Shown: positions 34,758 through 46,700 of the stretch, piece by piece
Position numbering within the stretch: position 1 is the stretch's first letter
Layout: every line of letters begins with the position of its first letter
Source of the DNA: Yuukianura sp. NJ FZ-2021
Taxonomy: Eukaryota
NCBI GenBank assembly: GCA_046563655.1
Contig: CM102287.1
Location: forward strand, 2,976,001-3,040,000
Reading direction: 5' to 3'
DNA: 64,000 nucleotides
Position numbers and translations under genes: made by a program
The notes under the pieces: generated by a model
What the model was told of the DNA's origin: nothing
Database searches by the model: none
Seen by the model: only the letters and a program-made list of their open reading frames with translations

Positions 34758-37700
34758 GTCAGTATTTTTTGAAAATTTAGAAAAAGTGCCATTTTTAGTC
34801 ACTTTAGACACTTTTTGAAGTCTTAACTATGGATGATGGGTGACATAATGGTGGAAATGAGTCAGCGGTTGGTGAAATTGAATAATAAGTAGAGTGGGAA
34901 TTGAGTTAAGTGGGAATGTAATTTGCAATTGAGTTAAGCCGTATCCTCGTGTCTCGTCACTATTTTAGTTGTGGATCAATTCCCAAGTCTTAGTTAAGGA
35001 GATGAGGATGACCGTGTTTTTAAGCTGTGTTCAAGGTGAAGTTTTTGAGAAGATGTGACATGAATGGTCAATGTAAAAATAGGGTTGGAGCCTCTTCGAT
35101 TCTAGGCGCCGAGATAATAGAGTCGGCGGAGAGTAGCGGATGAATCATCTTCATTAAGTTCCTTTTTTAAAGAGATTCTTGAAATGCGAGTTTTCGTAAT
35201 TTCGGGTAAGGAAAACTTGTAAAACGGATTTTGAAGGAGTACCGGTTTGTTTACAACGAGCGGAGACGGAAACCTGAGTTGATTTTGAACTGAAAAGTAA
35301 TTGGTTCGGTACAAATGTTTTGGAATGGAGTCGAACTTGGAATTAGAAAATTGAAAAATTAAAAATTAGTTAAAAAAATTTAAAAAATAATTTTTTAAGA
35401 AAATTGAATGTTAAGTCCGGTTGTTCGGAAGTTAGTTTCGTTTCGTTTCGTTCCGGACGGTAGGTGGGGTGCGCAGGTATGTTTTTTTTTGTAATAAATG
35501 AAGGAAATTGGAGAATCTCTTTTCTTGAGTAATTTAGATTGTGGACTTGAACTAGGACAAAGGCCGAAGAAATTTCTGGATAAGTTAACACGTTCTTCAA
35601 TTAAGTGCCCGACCAGGATAACGTGAAGGCATGGTCCGTTTTTGGTTTAAAAAAAACTACTTTGAAAAAACTTTTTAAAAAAGTATCGGTAGAGACAAGA
35701 TGATTGAAGAGAACAATGGACTACGAATTTTCTGGACATGTTTGAATATGTAAATTTGGAAAAGCGTTTTTGGATTTGTGACACAGGCAACATGGAAGTA
35801 ATTGAGGTTTGAAAAATTTTAATTTTTTGAATTTGGAATAATACAGGTTTTGGGATGCTAAAAATGTCGAATTTTTAATACAATTCGAAAACGGGTTTTG
35901 GCTTTTTAGAAAAAATTTTGATTGCTAAAGCGTGCAACAGGTTTGGATTTTTTTAGTTTTTGACAGGAGACGAGCATCTGCTCATCTGCTTTTTTTTTTG
36001 AAAAACTAGAACAGAATTTTTCCTTTCTCAAACATTTAGTGGGAAAAAGTTTCTCCGGTTTTCTAAAAATTCGACGAATTTTAGTTTCTGAGGAAAATTA
36101 GACAAAATTATGATTTTTTGACAAAAAAGGGACGTCGATTTTTTTTTTAATGAACATGTAGCTGTAGAGAGAGTTTTTCTTCTAAAATTGAATGTTAGAA
36201 TTCTATAGAATTTCAAAAATCGCGATTTTTTGTGCGATTTTCTATTTTTGACTTTATATGTTTGTTTTTTTTTCTTTCTATAAAGTCATTTTTGTGTCTA
36301 ATCGGAATGATTTTATGAAGTGGCTTTTTTTCTGACGTTGCTTTTGTTTGAAACTAAAAAAGTGAAGTTTTGCTTCGGTTTTTGGTGAAAAGGATTTTGA
36401 AAGTGTGAGAAGTAGAACAACTGGAGGAGTTAAGGGGGAGACTGAAACCATTTTGAGACTTTTCTCTTCCTTTTAGTATTTTGTGTGTTTCATTTTATTG
36501 GAAAAATAGTTTTTTCGTATAAGGAGTCATCAACGATGGGAAATAGAAGAACATTACTGTGCTTTCACTTTAAAAAAAATCTACCAAATGGATTTCTTTT
36601 AGTTTAGTAGGAAAAAATCGAAGTAGCGATTTTTTTTTCTTGGGGAAAGGTGAAATTAAGTTGTTTGTTGGTTTTAAGATTTTTTTTTTCAAAGTTTTTC
36701 TTAAAGTTGGCGTGTTTGAAAAACTAAAACTTGAGGATTTTTTGTACTTTATATTATAGGGTTCGTTTTTTCTTCTTTTGGTGTGTGTTAGGAAGTCATC
36801 GGTTAGGTTTTTTGTTAAGGTAAATGATGTTGGACGTAGTATTTGTTTTCTTGATTTTTTTTTCGGTTTTCGTGTTTTTTTTTGAAGGATTTTTGAAAAT
36901 TATGGTTTGCTCATCTCTGATCTGTGGCGGTAGTGTTTAAAAGCGTAAATCGATTTCCGTGCTCAATTCCAGAAAATGTTCATCCGGCCACTTTTTCTTT
37001 GAAATGATACGGAAGAAGTTAATGACTGGAGAACATGCTACAGTAAACTACTTGTGTAAAGGAAAAATGGACAGGAAGCGGGAGTTTCAAAAAAAGTTTA
37101 AAAAACGAATTTTGAAAAGCGGAGAATTTTAAAGAAAATTTTAGACTTTGGGTTTTGGAAAAAAATGGAGCGGTATGGATTATGAAAGGATTTTTTGACA
37201 AGTGGCGACACCCACTTGACACTTTAACTTTTTGTGATTGTGATTTGCGTTTGTCGGTTTGAGCTGCGTAATGGCAGAATTAAGCATGCGAAAAGATGAC
37301 TTTGGGCAGAGTCTGCGCAGATGAAGAAGATGACAGATGAGGCTTAAGGGTTTTACGCGGGTGATTTTGAATTTGGAATTATTTCGTTTTCTGCATGACG
37401 GGAGATGATGAGGTCTTAATAATTTTGGGAATTGGGATTACATAAATAGATTGTTGGTGGAGTGAAATGACGAAATTTTGGCTATTCACAAACTACGGTT
37501 CGGTGAAAGTGAAAAGGATTTTGGCGGGTGGATGATTTCGAATTTGAAAAGTTTAAAAAAATGGAACAAAGAGATGAAACGGTCCCTTTTGATTTGAAAT
37601 TGAAATGAAATTGAAATTGAAGTGGTTTCGATTACGAGCTTTTGAAAAATCTGAAAAATTGACAAGTTTTGTATCAGATTTTGCAAAACCTGGAAAGTTT

Positions 37701-40700
37701 TTGGCGATGAAAGTTTGGTTTTTCGGATTTTTTGCTAAGGAGTGTTTGTTTAGTGAATTTTGAATTTTATGTTTTTGGAAAAGAGGAAAAGGGGGACAAA
37801 AGTTGGAAGTTTTTTGAGTTTTTGAAGATTTTGAGAAGGTTTTTGGTTGTTTTTGGCTGAACCATCTGCTTGAATGGGTTGAATTTTGTGCCTTTTGAGT
37901 ATGAATTTGAATTTGAAAGTTGAAGTTTTTGGAGTTTGGAGTTTGTGTAAGGTTGATTATGCATGGACTTCCAACTGACGCTCTCCCGTATTTTTACACC
38001 TAATCATACGTGACCTGGTCCAGGAAGAGAGAAAAGCGGGAAGTTTGAATTTGGGAAGCGGAGAAGTGTAATCCTTGGTGGACTTGGAAGTTTGAATGTT
38101 GAGGATGGAGGCGGACGTGGATGGGAAGCGAGATTTTGGATGTATTCGGGATGAAATTGTGAAGGAAATTATGGTCATTGTTATGATTATGGAGGGAGTA
38201 AAGCGGAGGAGGAGGGAGTAATACCCGGGACTTTGGGAGGGAAGCGGGTGACCGAGAAGCGGAAAATTTGGGATTTAATTTAATCTCCGCCAAATGTAGT
38301 TTAGTGCAACCCAGGGTGGGGACTATAGTTGAAAAGCACCCCTCTCTACATTCTCTTTGTTTTCTACTTTCACCAAAAGTCACAGTGTTTATAAAATTTT
38401 AAGTTCTCAATTTCAAAATTATAATTTTCTAACATTTGTGGATTTCAATGTTTGTAAAATTCAAAATTTAAGTCTTGGTTAGGCTGGGATTTGGTTTCTT
38501 AAGGTTGGATTTTGGGATGCGTGAAAGATGATTTGTTGTGAATTCAAGGACGTTTTGAATGAATTAGTGAGGGAAGGGGTAAGTTTTTTTGAAAAACGAA
38601 GATTTTGAAAATTTTGTTTTGAATTTTGGAAGTTGTTTTTGATTTTGAGGAATGGTGAGGATTGACTGTGATATTGGAAGTGGTGGGCACCTGGTGAGCG
38701 ACAGTCCCTGAAGTCTCTTGTCCATTTCCTTAAGTGCCCTCACTCCTCTGGGCCCTTGAATGTTAGGTTAGCCTAACTTGAGCCTAACGTTAGGCTAAGA
38801 CTAGGTTGGACATAGGGGGAGTGAAGGAGTTAACCTAATGGAGGATGGATGAGGAAGACGGTGTCATTAGAGGCAGAGGAAGGGAGATCAACATGAAAAA
38901 GATGGAGAGAGCAGATGGACTTTAACCTTAGTCATTCCTTCTGCCATTACTTACTTGTATTTTCTGTAGTTACTCCCGCCAGCGGAACAGTTTTCGAAAT
39001 TTCGACAATTCTAAAAATTAAATGCAATTTTTAGAGAGAGTAAAGTGAAGAAAAATGATTTGCGTTTGAGTTATGAAATGCGTTAGTTACTCCCTCCAGT
39101 TCAACGTTTACGAAATTTTGTTTTGTGAAAAATGTAACGGGATTTGAATGAGGAGCGGAGAAAAAAGAGTTTGTAGAGAAAATATTTTTTGAAAGGAGAT
39201 TTTGAAATGGTGAGATGTGAATTGGATGACGCGGCTTGTTTTGAATTTTGAATAATGTGTTTGTTGAAATCGTTTCCTGTTTGGAGAGAGGGAATTTTTA
39301 AAAAATTGTGTTCTGAGAAGGGAGGGGGACTTGAAGGGGTTGCGAAGCGTGTCAAGTGGAATTTGACCTGGAAAAGAATCGAATTCAATTCAGTTTTTTA
39401 TTTTCATTTGTTTCATGATTTTCTACTCTAGTAAAGCTTATTTTTTGGAGAAAGGAAAGCATAACGTAAACTCAAGAGTTAGTTTTGTTTTGAGATTGGT
39501 TACCTTTGGGACTTTTTTGGTCCGTTGGTTTAACAAGAGATGAAGAAATGAAATGAAATAGGATTTGGAAAAGCAAGGGTTGTGAAAGTGGTCTTTGTTA
39601 TTTTTATTCCCAAGTTCACATGTTGGTCTTTTTATGTTAGCCTAACATTTAGTTGTGCTAAGCTTTTGTTGTTTTTTGCCCATTTCTAGAAGGATTTGAA
39701 ACAAAGAAAATAAGTTTATTTACTTTTTTTTCTCTCTTTCTCTCTTTTTTTTTTGAGTTTGGTTTGTATGAAAAGAAAATTTGAGGAGAGTAGAGTTTAT
39801 GTTTTGTTGTACTTTTTGACTAGGGTGAGTGAATTGGTTCTAAGGTTGAAGTGGAAAGAGTTAGGCTATGTTAGATTTTTTTTACATTAGGTTTTTCAAC
39901 TCTCTTTTGTCCCTGGAGACTGACTTTTGAAATGGATTTTGAGTGGACCAGTGGCATTAAAATGAAAAATTTGGTGTCCAACGTTACAGAGTCTCCCTAA
40001 ATCCCACTTTTCTGCTTGAGTAGTTGATGACGAAAGTCTCAAAGGAACAGGAGAAAGTGAGGCTTTTTGAAAAAAAAGGAGCGGGAGAAAGTCTTTTTTT
40101 GAAAAAAGAGCGGGAGAAAGTGAGTCTCTTTTGAGAAAAGAGCGGGAAAACAGAGATCAAACTGCCCCAGAAGCGAAATGAGGTTTTGTAAGAGTTTTGG
40201 GTGAAATTGGAATTGATTCTGTTTCAGGGTGATTCATGCTTTTTTCAAAAAGCGGAAAACAAGATGAAAAAGTGAAAAAATTTGGCAAAAAAACGAAATG
40301 GGATCTGCGAAGAATTGAAATTTTGGAGGAGAAAGTGGGTGGGAAATTGAATTTTTGATGGAGGTTAAAATTGCGGTGGGAAAATTCTTTTAATTACGCA
40401 AAAGTTTTTGTGGGGGTTTGAATTTAATGGGGTGAAATAAAAGTAAAAGTTTTTAATTGGGCTGAATGAATTTTGATGGGATTTGAGAAGAAGAAGAAAG
40501 TGGGTTTGTTAGGCTAAGAAATTAGGTTTTTGGTTAGGCTATGAAAATTAGGTTGGTTAGGCTACCCCACCCCCCTTTAGGTTGCTTAGGATAACCCCCC
40601 CCCCCACTATTTGAGGGGGGGGGGTGAGGTGAGTCTTTTGTTCCTAATGGGGAGGAAGATGGGTGGAAGTGAAAGTGAGTGAAAGTGTTTGTGGAGGGAG

Positions 40701-43700
40701 AGGAGTTGGAGCGATTTGTTTGAGTGACAGAGCCAATTAGAGTAGAAAATTCAATCCTGACTTGGAACCATCGCTGGAACGCTGGTAGATTGGGCGCTGA
40801 ATCGCTGGAAGGAAGTTTAGTATGGTTGTATTTCTATTAGAAAAGGCTTTTCTTTCTTTCTCGACTTGAAATTACCCATTGAAGAGGAGAATCTTGTTTT
40901 GAGGGAGAGACAGAACGATTGCCATTTATTTCTTCAACTCTCCTTCCTTCAATTTCTTGCTTAAGTTAGGCTAACGTAACCTCAAGTTGGGCTCTTTATG
41001 GACAGATTTTATTTGGGAAGAAAGAGCCATTTATTTTACTACTGGAGGAGTTTTAACTTTTCGGGAAATACTTAGAAATGCCCGGGTTTTTGGGGCCGGG
41101 AGCAAAAAATCGGAGTTTTCATTTAAAGTGTCTCTTAAATCCCGCGAATTCAAAATTAGGTGCAGAAATTTCTGTTTTCCTGGAAAAGTGAAAGTAGGTG
41201 GACAATTTTTTGGTAAAAGTAAAAGTTTTGAGGATTTTTTTTTGATAAAGGTAGAAATTTTGACAAATGTCGTTTTAATAAAAATTTTTGTGTAAAGTCA
41301 TGTGGATTGGGTTCCGGTTATGGAGGAGGTCGAGGTGTCGTAAAATTTTGAAAGTGAAGAGGATTTTGAAAATGTTAAATTGTAAATTTTTTTATGCTTT
41401 TTGGTTCTAATTTGGTGTTTGAAGAAGTCAGTTGAGTTTGGTGTGAAGTTTAGTGTCACTTTGGTGAAGTTCTAAATTCAGAGTCTTTGTCTTTGTTTGA
41501 TGTCCTTTGTGCTGATGATGAGGGACAGGGAGCTGTAAAGCCTAACTTACGTTAGGTTAACCTAACATAAAGCAGAGGAGTTGTAAAAAGTTTTGGCAAA
41601 AGGACTTACGACTTTATATTCTCTCCGCGTTGTGAAATTTATGAAAGGGATTTGGATTTTGCGTTAGGATTTGTCTCCCCAACCTAAAAGTTAGCCTAAC
41701 CTTAACCTAACCAAAATAAGGAGACTGTTGAGTTCTAAATGTTTTATGACCTGTGATCATTATTAGGTTAAGGCGGAGAGGGAATTGAAATGTGCGGGAA
41801 AAACTTAGGTTTTCAAAAAAGGAAAAGCTAAACTGAGGGATGGAGAGAAACCAATTTCGTTTTTATTTTTATTAGCACTTTCTGTGACTTGGAGAGAAAT
41901 GGGGTGGAATGAGCGGGAGAAATTGAACTGTTGGAGGGGAGGGAGGGAGGCCTCCTCCTCCCCTCCGGAGGGGAGGAGGAGGGAGGAGGTGGGGGCGGAG
42001 TGACATGAAACCTAATCAAAGATTAGGGAGTTCTTAGGGGAGAAATGTCATGTTCTAAGTTGTCTTTAGGAGGGATTAATTATGGGCACGGAGAAAGTCG
42101 ACTTTCTCCTTCCGTTTCCCGGGAAAATTCAAATTCAAAAGGAATTTCAAAAGCTCCCGCCGCTTACTTTCACTGGAACGGGGAAAGCTCAAAGGATTTA
42201 AAACAGATCTTAGAGGATTTGGGTGATTTTAGTTTGGTAAAGTGACTTTAAGCTCCCTAACTTGATCTAAAAGCTTAAACATTCTTAAGTCTTAAGACTT
42301 AAAAAACGGAGATTTTCGAAATTTGATTACTGAAGATTAGAAAGTTTTTTCTTAGCGTTTGAGAAAGTTTTTTTTTAGTTTGATTTTTTGAAAAGAGGAA
42401 AATGAGCCTTGAAATTAATTGAAAGAAAAGCTTGAGATGACTTTTCAATCTAATCTACCGTAAAAAAAGATTTTTTCAAAATTGGGGGATGAAAATTTAA
42501 AAAATGGATTTTTTTTAATTTGAAAAGGAAATGGGAAATGACAAAAGTGGGATCGCTGGAAATGAGAGGAAGATGAGACATGACTCTTAATTGAAAATAC
42601 AAAGAGATTTTGGAAAAAAATCTTAACATGGGAGCGTAGATTTTAAAAAATGAAAGAAAATTTGAAAAAAGGGTGAGCTGTTCCTTGAATTTTGATTCTT
42701 TTTGATTTTTGGTAGGATGGTATTTGGAGATGATCTTTGTTCTTTAGGTTTTTTGGTACTTTTAATTTTAATTTTCTGTGTGTGGCGTTGACTGTTTTTG
42801 AATTTCTATTTTGTTTTTGTCTCGATTTAAGAAAAAATTTCACTAAGAATTTGTCATTTTGACAAACAAAAAGTGTAGAACAGGAGAATAGTTTTGGATT
42901 TTTAAAAAGTTTTTTTTTCCTGTATTTGTGTTGGTCCTTGAGATTGGATTTCCGGTTTTGACGGTTTTGAAATTAGAATTTCTAATTCACTTCATTCGCA
43001 ATTGGAGATTTTAATTCTTTTCTTTCCTCTTTTTAGTTTTTGTTCTTTTGTTGAAGGATATTCGGCCCACATTTTCTTGTTTTTTGTTTCTTTTTTTCTA
43101 TTTTTGAGCAGGAAGAGATCAGAGAGGTTTAATAAATTTTGTGAATGGAAAGGTGTGGAGTTAACCATGTTTGGACAAATTGGCGTTTCAAAATTTTAGT
43201 ACAAAAAAATCATTCTGTCTGGAAATTTAAAAAAAAGTTCTCCTCATTTAAAATGCGAGAAATCGGATTTCGAAATTGGAAATCAGTCGAAAAATTTTTC
43301 AGAGTTTAGCTGGATTAGAATTTTTTTGCTCTTTAGTTATGTCTGTGCGTCGGGGAAGCTTAAAAGGGCCGATTTCTAAAACGGGAATTCTGAATTATTT
43401 TGTTGTTTCATGGAATACGTAATCCAAAATTTGAATTGTGTTATGTAAGTTTTTTCATGTGTTTAGATAGAAGTTAAAATTGTGTGTTGATGTGTACTAA
43501 TGAAAGTTGACGTGTTTTGTTATAAAATGGTGTGGTTGTATTTTGCTAATTTAGTGTCTAACTAAAGATGAATAATTGTCCATATTTGAGCATATTTAGG
43601 AGGGAGAAGAGGAGGAGGAGTGGAATTGTTGAAGCAGAAGGGGTTAAATCATCCAAATAAATATTAAATTACGTCCATTCTACTCAGCAGGGAGGCAACT

Positions 43701-46700
43701 CAGCTTTATTAAACTCAATTTCTACATCTAAAAGCAGTCAACTGAATTGTGGAACAAAAAATATTTAGTGGGTTTCGTACTAACATTTTTTGCATTTTGT
43801 CTAAAAACGAAGGAAACCAAGGACAAAAGGGAATTAATTTGGAAGTTGAAGTATGGAGAGGCCAATGGTCTCTTTATGGACATTTTGTCTTTTTGGAGAA
43901 ATGATTTATTTGGGGTGGTAGAGTCACGTTAGGCTAAAAACCTAACGAGAACAGGAGTTAGGTTAAGGGAAAAAATAGCCTAACTGTTAGGCTAAGGATT
44001 TATGGGTGTGAGAGAAAGAATTTCCCACGTTAATCAAGTCTTAAAAGAGAAAAAAAGAAAAGAGGGCTATCAATTTCATGGTGTCAATTGAAATGAGGCT
44101 GGCCCTTTTACGCGCGGAAAAAGATGAGGTTGACAGTTTGAGAAGATGAGATGTTAGGTTATTCTGGAAGATGAAATGTTAGGCTAAAGTTAGGTTTTTA
44201 GGTTGAGATTAGGTTGACTTGACACTTTTCTTGGGATCTGGAGATGAGGGAAGACTTTTTGGTGTGACATGTAAAGCGATCAGAGTTGATGAGGATTAAA
44301 TTTTGAAAAACTTTTTTTTGAAGATTTTTGAGACAGAGACGAGCGAAAGATGAAAAATTCAAATTGTCAAATAAGGATGGAGGGGAGTGGGACAAAGGGA
44401 AAACGTGATCCGTTTCATTTGTTGTGCTGTGTGAATTTTTCGGAGCGGATCGAGAGAGGGGGACTTTTTCGGATCTGGAGCGGAGATTCGGAGTTTTGAG
44501 AGGAAAAGGCGGGCATTAGCATGAGAAGAGGCAAAAGTGGTCCAGATCCAGCAGAGTAGAGCAGGACTAATCATTGTAATGGAGAAAAAAATGAAGGAAG
44601 ATTTGTTAGAGAGAGAGCAAGGGCTTAGGCCATCATGAAAAGAGAGGAAAATTTGAAACGGGATGGAGCGGGTTTAAGTTTCAATTTTTTGGAACATAAA
44701 AACTCCCCCTCCTCTCTCTCGACTTGCATCTTTTCCCTTTCAACTTTTTGAAAAATGGGCAATGGAGAATGTAATTTTTTTGTGGAGTTTTGCGCCAACG
44801 CGATGTTGGAGCAGAGGAAAGGCTTTGACACGAAATGTAATGAGAGAAATGTAATAGGTTTAAAGCGGAGTTTGAGGATTTTGAGGGATTTGAAGGGAGG
44901 TCAGAGGTTAACTTTTGAATGTTTTCAACTTTCTGGCTTTGTATTTTGTTCGAAAAAGTACAATTTTTCTGGAAAAAGTTCTGTTTTGGGCTGTTACATG
45001 CAAATAATCGACTGATCAGCTGTTGGTAGACAGGCATGCGAGAACTTGTCGGAACTGTCGGTTTTGAGTTAGAAATCGTGGATGAAACCCAAATTTTTTG
45101 AAACGGCGGGGAAATTTAGAATTTTGGCAGGAATTTTGCGAAGTTTTGTACATTTTGTGTAGAATGAGCAGGTGAAAGTGTGTTAGTCGGTGTGTTTTGG
45201 GGTTTTGTGAGACTGTGGGCACTTGTTGTCGTCAGCTGAGCATTCCGACGCACCAACTGCCAAACGCATAGCACCAGTTGCGGCTTTTACAAGGTCTTTG
45301 ACACGACCGAGCGCCAACGGTGGTGCAAGCATATTGAGTCCATGTGCTTTTTTTCAGGCAGTGTTGTTTGAAAACAACAGAAGTGCACCTTTCCGTTGCA
45401 CTTGCAGCGTCTGGCAGCAGCGTTTTTGGGTGTGATGCACTGAAAAAGAGGCGAGTATGTGTGTGTCTGGAACATATGTGAAGGATTTATGTGTGAATTG
45501 GTGTTTGGGAAGGAGTGAAAGTTTGTGCAAATGTCTGGAAACTCTCCATCTGCATGTCCTAGGTCACTAACAAGGTGCTAAAGCGGTTTAGTTTAAGCAG
45601 TTTTGCAAAAACAGGCGACAGGTGAACTTGTACAGAGGAAAAAGGCGAAAAGAAAGTCAGAAACAGCTGAATTCCGAGAAAAAGTGTTTGACGGCAATCA
45701 GCTGTTGAGGTGCAAGAGTCTAAAATGCGCAAGTAAAGTTGAAATGACGTAGAAAATGTTGATTTTTTTACGTCTTTTGCGGTGTATGAAAAAGTAAAAC
45801 TGTCACTTCTGTTTTGCGTGCAAACTTCTTTTTTGAAAAGATTTGCTTGCAGAAAGTTGAAGTTTGAGTAGATTTTTGGTAAAAACCACTTTGGAAGTGT
45901 TTAATTTAAGGGAGGAGGCGTTTTTTTTGAAAGAAGGTGGGAGATTTAATTTTGTATTTTGAAAGTTTAAATTGTGTTTCCTCGTAAAAATGAAGGAAAA
46001 TAGTAATTCCAAAACGAGAAGTTTGTGAAATGAATGAAATTCAGAAAACAGGAAAAAGTTGAAGAGTTACGTGTAGGTTTTTATGGGTATTAAAAATTAG
46101 CAAAACAATTTCAAAATTGGCACAAAAAATGTTTGTGGTTTAATCCCACTTTGTGGTTTACTTTAAACATGTCAAGTAAAAGAGCAGAGATTGAGATTAA
46201 TGTTTTTGAAATTTAAAGTTCCAGCTTCTTTTTCTTTCATTTTGGCAAAACCTTGATGTTTGAGGTTAGTGAAGATGGATTGTTGTTTTAAATTTTCAAA
46301 ATCTTGAGGAATTTGAGCTTTGTGTGAATTTTTTGCCTGAGGACACATTTGTAGTCATTGGCCAAAATTTTTGGTTTTTAGAGTGATGATGTCGTCATTG
46401 TTTAGAAAATGGAAGACTAATGAGTGACAGTTCAGAGAATGTTGCCCTCCCATTTTTCTTTTTTGAACTTCTTGTTTTGGCGCGAAAAAAATGTCGAAGC
46501 TTTCCTATTGGTTGATTTTGAACTCAAAAGAAAGAAGTGTGAGTAATTATTTTCAGGAGAAAAAATTTTTTGTTCGTTTTTTTCAAAGAGATTTTTGGAG
46601 TGTACTAATCAATGTCAATGGGATTGGCAGACTTGTGGTTTTGAAAAGGTTTAAGTAATTTTGGAAGAAGATGAAATCAGAGGAGATGAATTTTGAGAGC

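Noticed and set aside
25107..40150. Short local duplications (about 25130-25190, 26378-26448, 31150-31230, 40078-40150)
   Set aside because: These are two to three imperfect copies typical of slippage, with no further structure.
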